Source: Candidatus Moraniibacteriota bacterium
GTDB taxonomy: Bacteria > Patescibacteriota > Minisyncoccia > Moranbacterales > UBA1568
Length of the DNA: 59,054 bases
Direction of reading: 5' to 3'
NCBI GenBank assembly: GCA_013334245.1
Contig: JAAXXZ010000006.1
Span: 1-59,054 of the forward strand
The notes below the pieces were generated by a model. That model was not told where the DNA came from and made no database searches. It was given only the letters and a program-made list of their open reading frames with translations. Shown here piece after piece: positions 27,554 through 38,506 of the stretch. The stretch's first letter is position 1. Each line of letters starts with the position of its first letter. The translations under genes were made by a program, and so were the position numbers.

Positions 27554-30115
27554 TTACCAACTAACCGATACGCTTTTCTCGCCACCAGCCGTATTCCCAT
27601 TCTTATCCTTGACGAGAGCTTGGATATGTATCGAAGAACCGTTCCTTTCGCTCGGGACCGCGTAGGAGGTTTCGAGAGAGTTGTTGCCCGTAGACGCGAC
27701 CTCATTCCCGTCGACGAGTATTTTCAGTGAATCCACACCGTAGGGCGCGTCGGCCTTTACCTGAATCGTTACGGACGGACCGGAACCGTCGGAAGAGACC
27801 GAAACATCCGGTCGGTAGCTCGAAAAATCGCTCTCTTTGCACTCGTCGGTCGGTGCGTCGGCGTTGACGTCACCCTTTCCTTTGTTTTTCTTGTACCAGT
27901 CTTTTACTCCCTCCTCCCACTTTTTGAATTGAGGATCGTTTTCCGGCTTTTCAGGCGCTTTGCCGAGAGGGTCGGAGCGATCAACATAGAAAAGGATGTC
28001 ATGAACGTTCACGAAGTCCTTCTTGTCCGCCTTGCTGTCCGGACAATACTCGTTCGCGAGGCAGTACTTGTTGTTCTTGCCCGGAATCTCACAGACTTTA
28101 AGGTTTTCCTGCTTGTCGAGCTCGCCGTTTAACAGTGGTTTCTTCATCCAATCCTGATCCTTGTTCTCGTCCCGAAGTCGGTTCGCGTCATATTCCGGGA
28201 ATTTCTCGATAGCCTGGTTTTGGAGCGCGAAATCCATGAATTTCCGAAAAATCGGGGCAGCTACGTTGATTCCGTCCGCGCCGGATACCATCGCCGTATT
28301 ATCGTTGTTTCCAGCCCAAACTCCCACGGCGATCTGCGGGGTGAAACCGACGGTCCAGCCGTCACGAAACTCGTTCGTCGTTCCGGTCTTCGCCGCGACC
28401 GGACGATTATCGAACCGCAATGGGTTGTTTGTGCCGAAAACCGGGGCCCGATAGTCGTTGGTCGACATGATGTGATCGAGCATGGCGACATACTTCTCAT
28501 CGACGACGCGCTCGCCGGCCGAATCCTTGAACTCTTCGAGCACGTTTCCTTTCGCGTCCTCGATCTTGAGTATGGCCGTCTTGTCCCGTCGAACGCCACC
28601 TTGTGCCAGGGTTGAGTAGGCATTCACGTGGTCGAGAAGGGTGATTTCTCCTCCTCCAAGAACGAGCGACAATCCGTACCGGTTCTCATCCTGGAGACTC
28701 GTGATGCCGAGGCTTTTCGCGAAAGTGATTGCGTCCTTCACGCCGACGAGGTAGAGCGTCTTTACGGCGGGAATGTTGAGTGACTGCGCGAGTGTCTCCT
28801 TCATCGGCATCGGGCCATTGAACTTCCCGTTGTAATTCTGCGGCTTGTAATCCTTTCCCTCGTCCGTGCTGAAATTCGTTTCTGTGTCGTAGAGGATCGT
28901 CTCCGGGGTATAGCCTTTCGTGAACGCATCGAGATAGACATACGGCTTGAAGGACGAGCCCGGCTGCCGTTCCCGGATAGCGACGTTCACCTGGCCGTCG
29001 ATTGCCCTGTCGAAGTAGTCGCGCGAGCCGACCATGGCGAGTACCTGTCCCGTTTTCGGGTCCATAGCGACAAGAGAGGCGTTCTCCGCCTTCCATTTCC
29101 GCTCGTTCTCTACCGCCTGATCGTGAACGATCCGCTGTGCCTCCTCCTGTTTGTCCCAGTCAAGTGTCGTATAGACCTTGAGACCCATCGACTCCACGGC
29201 GCTCTCGCCGTATTTTTGTGAAAGATAGTCCTTTACGAACATGACGAAGTGGGGAGCCGCGATGATGTCTTTCTGTGTAGCTATCTTGTCGAGCGTCTTC
29301 TCCGCGATGGCGGCATCCGCTTCCTCTTGGGTGATATAACCGAGCTTCGCCATCTGTTGGAGCGCCTTGTCTTTGCGGACGATCAGCCGGTCGACATGGG
29401 AGCCATACGGCGAATAGTAGGTCGGCGCATTCGGAAGCGATGCGAGGACGGCCGATTCATCGAGCGAAAGATCTTTCGCGGGCTTTCCGAAAAATGTCTG
29501 TGCGGCCGCCTCGATCCCGTACGCGTTCGATCCGTAGGGAATCTCGTTCAGATACATGCCGAGAATCTCGTCCTTGCCGAATTTTTGCTCGATTTCAAGC
29601 GAGAGCAGGACCTCCTTCACCTTTCGGACAAGCGTTTTTTCGTTCGTCAGAAGCGAGTTTTTCACGAATTGCTGGGTTATGGTCGATCCTCCCTGGGCGG
29701 CGCCGCCCCGTACGACATCCTTGAAGACGGCACGGAGAATGGAGGACAGTTTGATGCCGTGGTGCGAATAGAAATCCTGATCTTCGAGGACAAGCGTCGC
29801 GACCTGGACGCTTTTCGGGATATCGGCAAACGCGACGATAGTCCTTTTTTCCTCGCCGTGAACGTCATAGAGCAGGTGTTCGCCGGATCGGTCGTAAATC
29901 TTCGTGGATTCCGGTATGACGCGAGAGTTGACTTTCCCAGGGCTCGGCAAATCCTTCGCGACCCATGCGAAGAGCGCAATCGCGATGATGAACACCGTTC
30001 CGGCGCCCCAAAGGGCGATACGCCCGAGGATTTTCGGCCATTCGCGCCTGTCAGCTTCGGACAATCTCCGCCACCTGCCGTCCGATGGCCGGAATCGGTC
30101 AAAAAGTCTTTTCAT
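27554..30115 (-). CDS. Class A penicillin-binding protein (PBP1A family) with C-terminal Ig-like domain
   Basis: EDQDFYSHHG, QGGSTITQQ, RKVKE; SSFK, SLN, KTGT. Confidence 0.95.
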   Translation of the reverse strand: MKRLFDRFRPSDGRWRRLSEADRREWPKILGRIALWGAGTVFIIAIALFAWVAKDLPSPGKVNSRVIPESTKIYDRSGEHLLYDVHGEEKRTIVAFADIPKSVQVATLVLEDQDFYSHHGIKLSSILRAVFKDVVRGGAAQGGSTITQQFVKNSLLTNEKTLVRKVKEVLLSLEIEQKFGKDEILGMYLNEIPYGSNAYGIEAAAQTFFGKPAKDLSLDESAVLASLPNAPTYYSPYGSHVDRLIVRKDKALQQMAKLGYITQEEADAAIAEKTLDKIATQKDIIAAPHFVMFVKDYLSQKYGESAVESMGLKVYTTLDWDKQEEAQRIVHDQAVENERKWKAENASLVAMDPKTGQVLAMVGSRDYFDRAIDGQVNVAIRERQPGSSFKPYVYLDAFTKGYTPETILYDTETNFSTDEGKDYKPQNYNGKFNGPMPMKETLAQSLNIPAVKTLYLVGVKDAITFAKSLGITSLQDENRYGLSLVLGGGEITLLDHVNAYSTLAQGGVRRDKTAILKIEDAKGNVLEEFKDSAGERVVDEKYVAMLDHIMSTNDYRAPVFGTNNPLRFDNRPVAAKTGTTNEFRDGWTVGFTPQIAVGVWAGNNDNTAMVSGADGINVAAPIFRKFMDFALQNQAIEKFPEYDANRLRDENKDQDWMKKPLLNGELDKQENLKVCEIPGKNNKYCLANEYCPDSKADKKDFVNVHDILFYVDRSDPLGKAPEKPENDPQFKKWEEGVKDWYKKNKGKGDVNADAPTDECKESDFSSYRPDVSVSSDGSGPSVTIQVKADAPYGVDSLKILVDGNEVASTGNNSLETSYAVPSERNGSSIHIQALVKDKNGNTAGGEKSVSVSW

Positions 30116-30181
30116 AAGCAAAAATCAGCTTTTGTAGGCTGATTTTACCATGAAACACGACCGAATTCAACGTGCGAAACC

Positions 30182-32050
30182 TCAGTGTTTTCCATCAAGC
30201 GTATAGTTTCCTTTTATCCGATCCCAGATTTCCAAGCTATAAAATTTCGGATCGATAACGTTATCCGGATCGACAAATCCGTTTCCGCAAAGAAAACGTA
30301 GCGCTTCGGAGTTCGCGCTTCCTATATAGAGCAGTTTCTCGATGCCTTGTTCCTTGAATGCCCGAAAAACCTCGGTTTGTTCCAGGTATGCCGTATCCTT
30401 GCTGTGAACAAGGAATGACGACTGCCTGTCAAGGCCCAGTTCGTTCACGAACAGTCGTTTCGCTCTATTGATTGAGCGTTTTAGCGCCGAAACCGCTTCG
30501 TTTCGAAAGCCATCCTTATCCAGTATGCCCGCATCCCGTTTCGCTCGGGACAGGGAAAGCATGCTCTCATAGTGAGCCTCGACGCACTCGAGATATGAGC
30601 CGCCTTCGAGTTTCTTGCTCATGGCGCGCGTATAATGCGGTCCGGGAAGAAAGGATGTGCCGAAGGCGTTTCGTGAAACGAAGTCCTGGTTACGCATCGC
30701 GGCGCATTCCGCGAACGGGGCCCATCTGCCGGCGCCTGAGCGCTTGAATATCCGAAGGGGAAGAAGTTCCTTGTTTGTATGCTGGAGTACATGGCCCTCG
30801 ATTTCATGGGCAAGGGTCGGAAGAACGTCCATGACTGAAAGATCTTTCCTCGGCCCTTTCACTGTTTTTGACTTCGGATCAGTTGAGAATCCGCTCGCAT
30901 CATATCGTTCATGGAGTACAAAACGCCATTTGCCATCGGGTGCTGGCGTTGGATCGTCCGGGTCGAATGTGTCTGAGCCGAACGCGCTAAGTAGTCCGTA
31001 CCGGCTGAGTAGCTCGTCGCCTATCGACTGGGTTTCTCCGAACGTCAGTGACTTGGCGCCAATTCTTTCGGGGTCAAGGCCGAGGTTTTCCAACGAGTCC
31101 TTCTCGTGAAGCGTGGATTTGATGATTTCTTCCTCGATTGAGTCGGCATAACGCGCCAGTTCCTCCCCGACCTGTTTTTGCCAGCCGTTCGAATCGTGCT
31201 CCTCGGAAGCGCCGTGAATGACCTTGTCCATTCGGGAGAGGTCCGTTTCCGGGTTTTCCGTAATGGAAGAAAGCTGCAGAAGCGCTTTTTCCGGATCGCT
31301 CAAGGATTCCTGGCCGAGCAGGGTGCGTTTTTCTTTCAATGACGCCGCAGCCTGGGATGACCCGATAATCATCTCGTTGACTCGTCTCGAATACAGGTCC
31401 AACGTGTCCGATAACACACGTTCCATTTCCTGGCCGAGATGCGGACCGTTCACGAGCTCCGAATGGAATTTTTTCAACGCCCCTTTGAACTGTCTGAGCC
31501 GCTCAGAACGCCGAAGACTTTCTTCCGGCGTGAGAAGGAGATGAATCCTGTCAGGGGCGGTGGCGTTCCGAATGTCTATAGCCGCGTCTTCATCCATGGT
31601 CGCGGAGAGTTCCGAGAACAGGCTCTGCTCGTGATAGTCGTTCGAGCGTCGAAAGAAATTGGTGCGGTCCTTTCCGTTTGCCGAGAGTATCTCCGGAACG
31701 TGCCCGAGAAGGAAGCGCTTCACGGAATCGGAATCATCGCCGTCCACGGATATGCCGAACAGCTTTTCAAATGAGGCCCGACCTTTCTCGGTAAGGAGGT
31801 ATTCCGTATACGCGGTGGCGCTTTTCGGAGAGAGAGAGTATATCTTTTCCAACGTTTCTCCCAGCGCGTTCTCGAATCGGATGAACGCCGCCCTTTCGGA
31901 TTCGCTTAGCGGATGCCTGTCCTGCGCCGCCTCCATCTCGCTCCTGATTTCCTTCGCGTCTTCGCCGACGCGTTCAAACACGCGTGGCTTATAGAGCGGT
32001 TGCTGTTCCTGTTTCCGGGGAATCGATGTCGACAGTTCCGATGGTGTCAT
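30182..32050 (-). CDS. DUF1704/MATCAP-like metallo-carboxypeptidase-domain protein (start uncertain)
   Basis: LAHEIEGHVLQHTN (HExxxH), downstream AECAA and KD.AYLE. Confidence 0.6.
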   Translation of the reverse strand: MTPSELSTSIPRKQEQQPLYKPRVFERVGEDAKEIRSEMEAAQDRHPLSESERAAFIRFENALGETLEKIYSLSPKSATAYTEYLLTEKGRASFEKLFGISVDGDDSDSVKRFLLGHVPEILSANGKDRTNFFRRSNDYHEQSLFSELSATMDEDAAIDIRNATAPDRIHLLLTPEESLRRSERLRQFKGALKKFHSELVNGPHLGQEMERVLSDTLDLYSRRVNEMIIGSSQAAASLKEKRTLLGQESLSDPEKALLQLSSITENPETDLSRMDKVIHGASEEHDSNGWQKQVGEELARYADSIEEEIIKSTLHEKDSLENLGLDPERIGAKSLTFGETQSIGDELLSRYGLLSAFGSDTFDPDDPTPAPDGKWRFVLHERYDASGFSTDPKSKTVKGPRKDLSVMDVLPTLAHEIEGHVLQHTNKELLPLRIFKRSGAGRWAPFAECAAMRNQDFVSRNAFGTSFLPGPHYTRAMSKKLEGGSYLECVEAHYESMLSLSRAKRDAGILDKDGFRNEAVSALKRSINRAKRLFVNELGLDRQSSFLVHSKDTAYLEQTEVFRAFKEQGIEKLLYIGSANSEALRFLCGNGFVDPDNVIDPKFYSLEIWDRIKGNYTLDGKH

Positions 32051-33080
32051 GGCGTTTCGTGTCGTTGCGGAGGCTGGGAAAAATTTCCTCAAGAAGGATC
32101 GATGAGACATCGGTATCGCCGCCTTCGACGAGTGGGGCCTCGTGCATATTGTAATACGGATTGCAGTTCACTTCGAGGACGACGTAATTTCCCGGCTCGG
32201 CTTCGGCCGAGATGTCCTTTACGAGGAAATCGATTCCGGCGAAATCGAGCCCGGCTATTTCCATGGACCGGATACAGATATCGCGAAACGAGGGGTGCAT
32301 CAGATGGAGTGAATTTATGGCGCGACCTCCGTCCGTCATGTTCATGTTGTTTCGGAGTCGGACCGTCCGTCCGGCCTCGACGACCGAATCCGTCGTCAGT
32401 CGTTCGCGTTTCAGGGTATCCATCGCGACCTCGTCGAGACGAAGCTTGTATCCTGCCGGCCTCGAATCATTGAAGGCCTCGATGAGCTCGCGGACGGTCG
32501 AAACGCCGGTTCCCGTCACCGATGCGGGGGTCTTTTCCGTGCACGCGATGACGGATCCCTTGAAGACGAGCAAACGATACTCCCGTCCGACGAACATCTC
32601 CTCGACCAGGAACGTATCCCGCTTGAAGTCATGTTCCCGTTTCGCGGAGCGGAAATCGCGGATCGCCTGCCGGAGTTCGGAGGCGTTCCGTATATCCCAG
32701 CTTACCCCGCGAGACATCGAACCGTGGGTCGGCTTGAGAATGACCGGGTATCGGAGTACTCCCTCCCTCATCGCGCGGAGCGCGCTTTCCGTGGAGTCGG
32801 CTACGAATCCCTTCGGGACTTCCACGCCGACTTCGTTCAAGATGAGCTTGGTCATTTCCTTGTCTCTCGTGAGGTTGGTCATGAGCTTCCACGCGGGAGC
32901 ATTCGCTCCGTTCATGAAAAAAGACTTTCCGCCGTGCCGCATGCGTATAAGCGCCTTCTCTCCCTCCTCCGACAAAAGCGCGACCTCGATGCCATATCGG
33001 ACGGCTCTCTTCAGCAGGGATCGGAATCCTCCATGACGTATCTTTTTCTGCACCGCCTCCTCGTCGAGTATCGTTATCAT
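31989..33080 (-). CDS. ATP-grasp ligase, cyanophycin synthetase/GshF C-terminal-like
   Basis: DKEMTK..L, YPVILKP..GS.SRGV, VEE...G.EYR, PASVTG.G, AGID, LEVN. Confidence 0.85.
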   Translation of the reverse strand: MITILDEEAVQKKIRHGGFRSLLKRAVRYGIEVALLSEEGEKALIRMRHGGKSFFMNGANAPAWKLMTNLTRDKEMTKLILNEVGVEVPKGFVADSTESALRAMREGVLRYPVILKPTHGSMSRGVSWDIRNASELRQAIRDFRSAKREHDFKRDTFLVEEMFVGREYRLLVFKGSVIACTEKTPASVTGTGVSTVRELIEAFNDSRPAGYKLRLDEVAMDTLKRERLTTDSVVEAGRTVRLRNNMNMTDGGRAINSLHLMHPSFRDICIRSMEIAGLDFAGIDFLVKDISAEAEPGNYVVLEVNCNPYYNMHEAPLVEGGDTDVSSILLEEIFPSLRNDTKRHDTIGTVDIDSPETGTATAL

Positions 33081-33092
33081 GACGTGGTTCGA

Positions 33093-34520
33093 TTACCGTT
33101 TAGCGGGACTGCTGCCCGTGTTTGTGCGTTTCGTGACGTCGACCAAAAAACGGGCAAGGCTTTTTCTTCCTATAATCATCGGATATTCGAGACCCGATCG
33201 GTCGATGATGGTTGCCCGGGCCGGAATCCGTAGCCCGTCAACCTCGATTTCCGTGCGGATGGCGACTCGGTATGTCGTGCCGCTGGCGGACTTGATCGGG
33301 ATGGTCGCGACGACGTCTTGGATGTGTTCGAACATCTTCCAACGTTCCGTACGCGTGAGTTCCGATATCTCGTCCCAGTCCTTGGCGGCCTCGAGGTATC
33401 CGTCGACCGTCTTTCCGTATCCGAGATCGCGAGCCAGGTCGATATCTATCGACGTCGAGTCGGCTCCCGTGTCTATCTTGGCCTCGACGACTATTTCCTT
33501 TCCGTCCTTTCCGAAGAGGCGAACCTTTTCTACGGACCCGATGACACGCTTTCCGGAGAGCTCCTCGATTTCCTCCTCGATCTCTCCGCCGAAGAGGTTC
33601 TTCCCGAGGAGGATGCCTCGCTCGGTCGTCTTCACCTTGAGGCCCTTCACCCTATCCAGCCGACCCTTGAGTCCCGTGAGATTGGCGATCTGTATGGAGA
33701 GGCCAGGACGGGCGTTGAGTTCGAGAAGCACCGGGCCGCGATCGCGATCGATGGCGATATCCGCCCCGAGAAAGCCGAGTCCGGAAACGGATTGTGACTC
33801 GACCGCTATCCGCAGAATCTCGTTCCAGTAGGGGATCCGGATTCCGGAGAGAGCGAGCCGTGTTTTCGGAACGTATTCGATGATGAACGATTTTCCAACG
33901 ACGGCACTTGTCGTGGTTCCGGTCGCGAGGTCGATGCCGAGTCCTATCGCGCCCTGTTGCAGGTTCGCCTTGCCGTCGGATTCCCGTGTGGGGAGACGGA
34001 GCATGGCCATGACGGGAACCTTGTTAAAAACGATGACGCGGATGTCGGGGATTCCCTTGTATGCGTACGGCTTGAACAGCTTGAGCAGCTTCAGACGTTC
34101 CTCGAAGAACGCGATATCCGGCGTGTTCGTAAGCGAATACGATCCGTCGAGAATGTTGCGAATGTGCGCCTTGAGATCGTCGACGGTCACGACGGACCCG
34201 TTCGCCTTGACCCAGGCGTCGGTTCGACCGCGCCTCCGTCCGTAAACGATGAGTATACCTTCTCCGCCGAAGCCCCGATTCGGTTTGAGCGCGAAGCTTC
34301 CCGGTAGCGAATCCCAGTCGAAGGTATCGAGCTCCGCATGGTTTCTGATGCGCGCGACAAGGCCCGGAACGGGAAGTCCGTTCTTTCGGAGCAACCGTTT
34401 CGCGAGAAGTTTGTTGTCGGCGAACTCTCGGCTGCGGCGCCGGTTCAACGGACGCACGTAGTCGAGATTTCGTGCGTTCATGCCGAGGACCTCGCGGCTG
34501 TTTCGAAGCAGTTCGAACAT
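33093..34520 (-). CDS. ATP-grasp ligase (alpha-L-glutamate ligase-like/ATPgrasp_ST) fused to a retropepsin-like protease domain
   Basis: LGMNARN, GIPDIR, AMLRLPT..S.GKANL.QG, LELNARPGL.IQ.AN; C-terminal AKIDTGA and PMIIGR. Confidence 0.88.
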   Translation of the reverse strand: MFELLRNSREVLGMNARNLDYVRPLNRRRSREFADNKLLAKRLLRKNGLPVPGLVARIRNHAELDTFDWDSLPGSFALKPNRGFGGEGILIVYGRRRGRTDAWVKANGSVVTVDDLKAHIRNILDGSYSLTNTPDIAFFEERLKLLKLFKPYAYKGIPDIRVIVFNKVPVMAMLRLPTRESDGKANLQQGAIGLGIDLATGTTTSAVVGKSFIIEYVPKTRLALSGIRIPYWNEILRIAVESQSVSGLGFLGADIAIDRDRGPVLLELNARPGLSIQIANLTGLKGRLDRVKGLKVKTTERGILLGKNLFGGEIEEEIEELSGKRVIGSVEKVRLFGKDGKEIVVEAKIDTGADSTSIDIDLARDLGYGKTVDGYLEAAKDWDEISELTRTERWKMFEHIQDVVATIPIKSASGTTYRVAIRTEIEVDGLRIPARATIIDRSGLEYPMIIGRKSLARFLVDVTKRTNTGSSPAKR

Positions 34521-34524
34521 ACGA

Positions 34525-35181
34525 CTATTTCTGTCTCAAAACGTTCAGGAACCGTACGTACTCCGTCAGTCGAAGCCCGGTCCACTTGCCAAGAAGCACG
34601 TTGAGCGGAATCGTGAGTAGGACGGTCCACGGATAGGCGAGGATGAACAATACGAACGACGGCCATGAGATGAGCGCGTACCCGACCAGGGAGATGCCGA
34701 GCGTCTCGGCTGCCAAGAGAAGCGCGGCCTGAGTTCCCTTTTCAAGCTGTAAGGCGACGAATTTCTCGGTGATCGTGATCATGATGAGTAACGGGAATAT
34801 CGACACGCCCGCCAGGCCGGTCCGGTGATATGCGCCTCCAATGACGAGAATGCCTAGCATGGAGAACGAGATGACCGAGAGCGTTATGGCTACACGAGGG
34901 AGATACAGCAGACGGAAACGACGAAGGACGTACCGGGTCACCATTCCGATTACGATGACGCTCGCAAAAATCGCGATGCCGTATTTGAGGCCGTTCGGAT
35001 CGAAGGCGAGGAGGGCGAACGTGATTATGGAGGGCGTATATATGCCGAACGCTTTTATGCCGACGACCTGTCGGAAAAATGACGCGAGCGTCGCGACGAC
35101 CGGCAGAAGCAGAAGAAGCGCCATCGTCTGCGCCGGAACGTTCTGGTCGACGATGAATTGCGTGATCGGACTGAATTCCAT
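34525..35181 (-). CDS. 7TM domain protein (7TM_transglut-like), no transglutaminase domain
   Basis: LP....RQVVGIKAFGIY.P, LLYLPR, FP.LI..IT.E, LGKW.GLRL.E..RF. Confidence 0.85.
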   Translation of the reverse strand: MEFSPITQFIVDQNVPAQTMALLLLLPVVATLASFFRQVVGIKAFGIYTPSIITFALLAFDPNGLKYGIAIFASVIVIGMVTRYVLRRFRLLYLPRVAITLSVISFSMLGILVIGGAYHRTGLAGVSIFPLLIMITITEKFVALQLEKGTQAALLLAAETLGISLVGYALISWPSFVLFILAYPWTVLLTIPLNVLLGKWTGLRLTEYVRFLNVLRQK

Positions 35182-35247
35182 AGTGGCGACGTAACAATGA
35201 TTCGTACCTTGTATCTCGGCGGGATGCGAGATCGCGATATCCCGCGC

Positions 35248-35742
35248 CTATCGGTTCCCGTACACGCTCCGTGCCTTTCGGGAGAATGCGTGGCATACCG
35301 CTACCGCGATCGCGTCGGCCGTATCGTCCGGTTTCGGAATCTCCGGGAGTCGGAGAATATTCTTTGTCATCATCTGTACCTGGCGCTTGTCCGCGGAGCC
35401 GTAGCCCGTGACCGACTGTTTGACTTGATTCGGAGTATAACCAGCGATAATAACACCGAAGCGTCTCAATGTCAAGAGGATAACTCCGCGTGCCTGGGCG
35501 ACTGAAATGGCGGTTTTTGCGTTCGTGGAGAAGAAGAGTTCTTCGACGGATGCTTCTTGTGGTTCATGGAGGCGGAGTACCGACTCGAGTTCGTCCGCGA
35601 GCGCGCAGAGTCGGTCCGCCGGATCAAGGCCTTTCTCCGTGACGATGTGTCCGTAGGCGATGGGCGTAAGGTTCCCGCCGTTTTCATCAATGACGCCCCA
35701 GCCGATGATCGCCGTTCCGGGATCGATGCCGATGATTCTCAT
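35248..35742 (-). CDS. ruvC: Holliday junction resolvase
   Basis: IIGIDPG, QARG, VTGYG.ADK.QV, DD.ADA.A. Confidence 0.97.
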   Translation of the reverse strand: MRIIGIDPGTAIIGWGVIDENGGNLTPIAYGHIVTEKGLDPADRLCALADELESVLRLHEPQEASVEELFFSTNAKTAISVAQARGVILLTLRRFGVIIAGYTPNQVKQSVTGYGSADKRQVQMMTKNILRLPEIPKPDDTADAIAVAVCHAFSRKARSVYGNR

Positions 35743-35821
35743 ATATCAGTCGACAATTAACAGATGACGATCGATCCGTCGCTCATTATGCGTATGCCGC
35801 AAAATGATCCAGGGCTCCTGC

Positions 35822-36547
35822 TCACTGCTGATTGTCGAGATTGTCCCAGACGGTTTGGACATCCTGATGATCTTCGAGCGCTTCCAGAAGCCTGTCGAGT
35901 TCCGCCGCGCTCCCGGCAGGTAATGATGTTTTCTGAGTCGGAAGGTAGGACAGTCCCGCGGAGAGGACCTCGAAGCCGTTACGTTCGAGAGACTCTTTCA
36001 CCGATTGGAGATCCTCCTGTCGGGAATAGACGTACAGCGTATCCGCATCGCGGGTGACGTCCTCGGCGCCGGCCTCTATGGCGGACAACTCTGCCTCGTC
36101 CGGATCGCGCTGTCCGAGCGAGCAGGATATCTCACCGACCGGCCGGAACAGGTATGCCACCGAGCCTTCGGGAACGATCTTGCCGCCGTTCTTCGTAAGC
36201 AGGGTACGGATCTCTCCGAACGTGCGATTCCGATTGTCGGTCGCCGTGCCGATCAACAGCGCCACCTGTCCCGGTCCATAGGCCTCGTACACGAGCTCCT
36301 CGAACAGCGCTCCGTCCTTCAACTCACCCGTTCCGCGTTTGATAGCCTTCTCGATGCGGTCTTTCGGCATATTCGCGGCGCGTGCCGTGTCGATGGCGAG
36401 ACGGAGACGGAAGTTCATATCGGGGTCGCCGCCATGGCGGGCAGCTATGGTGACCATGTTTCCGAGCTTCGTGAAAACGGACGCCCGCTTCGCGTCCGTC
36501 AGCGCTTTCTTATGGCGGATACCGGCCCAGTGGGAATGTCCCGACAT
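35822..36547 (-). CDS. yebC: YebC/PmpR family protein
   Basis: MSGHSHW..I.HKK, N.RLR.A, YEAYGP. Confidence 0.93.
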   Translation of the reverse strand: MSGHSHWAGIRHKKALTDAKRASVFTKLGNMVTIAARHGGDPDMNFRLRLAIDTARAANMPKDRIEKAIKRGTGELKDGALFEELVYEAYGPGQVALLIGTATDNRNRTFGEIRTLLTKNGGKIVPEGSVAYLFRPVGEISCSLGQRDPDEAELSAIEAGAEDVTRDADTLYVYSRQEDLQSVKESLERNGFEVLSAGLSYLPTQKTSLPAGSAAELDRLLEALEDHQDVQTVWDNLDNQQ

Positions 36548-36602
36548 ACTCGATCGATAATCAACGATAGACAATCCAGTATAACGCGATCCTTCGGTGA
36601 GT

Positions 36603-37172
36603 TCAAGCTGCCGGAGCGTCCGATTCCGGGGTGGTTCCGGCATGTCTCCGCCCACGTTCGGCGAGCTTCATGATCGTGTCTTTCACTCCGACGGGATTCG
36701 GAATGTTGTGAAAAATGAACCGGGGACTCTCACCGGCTGTCTGTACGAGAACATCGCCGAAATCGAGTATGCTCGGCAGTATGCCGTTCACCTCGCTTGT
36801 CACGTCCTGGATCGTGTGGAAACGGAGTTCGCTCACCCTGCGTGTGAAGAGATCTTTCTGTTCGATATTCACGATGCGTTCGTTCGTGATGATCCAGACA
36901 TCGAAATATACGTCGATCCAGATAAGAAAAAGGGATACCCAGAGGAACAGCAGGAAAGAGTTTTGCAGAAAAAAGAAGAACGACACATTCGGACTCTCCG
37001 TGATTCCTGGGAACAGGCCGGGAAGGATGAGGAATCCTCCGAGCAGTATGACCGATAGGAACACGGATAGGAACAGGTGCGAGAAAATGTCGAACCAATG
37101 CCGATGATACACCGCGATCACCCGCTCCTCCTCGTGCTTGCCCGGAAAACGGACGAAGGAAAGATTTCTCAT
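36603..37172 (-). CDS. Membrane protein with bacterial PH domain
   Basis: Two TMs; IITNERIV.IEQ..LF.R, IQDV, FGDV.VQTAG. Confidence 0.8.
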   Translation of the reverse strand: MRNLSFVRFPGKHEEERVIAVYHRHWFDIFSHLFLSVFLSVILLGGFLILPGLFPGITESPNVSFFFFLQNSFLLFLWVSLFLIWIDVYFDVWIITNERIVNIEQKDLFTRRVSELRFHTIQDVTSEVNGILPSILDFGDVLVQTAGESPRFIFHNIPNPVGVKDTIMKLAERGRRHAGTTPESDAPAA

Positions 37173-37176
37173 ATGT

Positions 37177-37431
37177 TTAGAAACTGGAGTAGGTTGAAGG
37201 GAACGAGGAGAACGAACTTGAACTCTTCAGCAAGGCGGTCCAATCGATGCGGAAGAACGTTATGGCGTTCGTGGCGAGGAAGAACAGGAACACGGTCGCG
37301 AAAACGAACACGGTCGCGAACGCGGCCCCTTTGGACAGCGAATAGCGAAGGATGTGGTAACAGACGTACATGCCTACCGTCGTTAATCCGAGAAAGAGTA
37401 TGAGATACAGGAGATTGATGATGCCGATCAT
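37177..37431 (-). CDS. Small two-TM hypothetical protein
   Basis: 84 aa; 4-bp overlap with ruvB. Confidence 0.65.
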   Translation of the reverse strand: MIGIINLLYLILFLGLTTVGMYVCYHILRYSLSKGAAFATVFVFATVFLFFLATNAITFFRIDWTALLKSSSSFSSFPSTYSSF

Positions 37432-38441
37432 AGGAGTTTTGTTTGTTGATCTTCGGGAACAGGGAGTCCGACATGGAGGAAGCCGTCCGGCGTCACGACG
37501 CGCCCCCGCGGGGTGCGGACCAGAAAACCGAGCTGTATGAGATAGGGTTCGTAGACGTCTTCTATGGTTTCCGTTTCTTCGCCGGTGACTGCCGCGATCG
37601 CCTGGATGCCGGCGGGGCCGCCTTTGAATTTTTTCGCGATGGCGGTGATGATGTTCCGATCCGTCGGCTCGAGCCCGATCTCGTCGACCTCGAAGAGCGA
37701 GAGCGCCTCGCGAGCGACGTCTCTGGATACGTTGTCCCGGCCATGGATCTCGGCGAAATCGCGAACCCGTTTGAGAAGGCGGTTCGCTACCCGTGGAGTC
37801 TGACGGCTTGCCGCGGCGATGGCGTCCGCGCCGCCATCGTCGATCGGAACGCCGAGAATCCGCGCGGAGCGTGTGATTATTTTCCGCATCTCGTCATGCT
37901 CATAGAACTCAAGCCGGTTTGTCGAGCCGAAACGGTTCCGAAGCGGATTCGATATGGACCCGAGTCGGGTCGTCGCCCCGACGAGGGTGAATCTCGGGAG
38001 ATCGAGTTGGATCGTCCGCGCCGACGGACCCTTCCCGATGATGATGTCCAGCTTGTAATCCTCCATGGCCGGATACAGGACCTCTTCGATGGTCTTGTTC
38101 AGTCGATGGATCTCGTCAATAAAGAGAACGTCACCTTCTTCCAGGTTCGTCAATATTGATCCCAGGTCCCCGACCCGTTCGATGGCCGGCCCCGAAGTGA
38201 TGCGGATATTGACGCCCATCTCTTTGGCGATGATGTTCGCGAGCGTGGTTTTTCCGAGTCCGGCCGGCCCGTACAACAGGACGTGGTCGACGCTTTCCTT
38301 GCGTCTCTTCGCGGCCTCGATGAATATCCCGAGGTTTCTTTTTATCTTTTCCTGTCCCACATACTCACCGAAAGAGCCCGGCCGCAGGGTGGTTTCGAGC
38401 ACGACGTCATCCGACTCGATCTTTTCGGGAGCGGTAAGCAT
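37428..38441 (-). CDS. ruvB: Holliday junction branch migration helicase
   Basis: LRP....[29 protein letters not shown]. Confidence 0.98.
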   Translation of the reverse strand: MLTAPEKIESDDVVLETTLRPGSFGEYVGQEKIKRNLGIFIEAAKRRKESVDHVLLYGPAGLGKTTLANIIAKEMGVNIRITSGPAIERVGDLGSILTNLEEGDVLFIDEIHRLNKTIEEVLYPAMEDYKLDIIIGKGPSARTIQLDLPRFTLVGATTRLGSISNPLRNRFGSTNRLEFYEHDEMRKIITRSARILGVPIDDGGADAIAAASRQTPRVANRLLKRVRDFAEIHGRDNVSRDVAREALSLFEVDEIGLEPTDRNIITAIAKKFKGGPAGIQAIAAVTGEETETIEDVYEPYLIQLGFLVRTPRGRVVTPDGFLHVGLPVPEDQQTKLL

Positions 38442-38506
38442 GTGGTTCGGTCTTTGATGGCTTGCCGGAGCGGCTCTACGGTGATTCTGACTAATTCTAG
38501 CACTTC

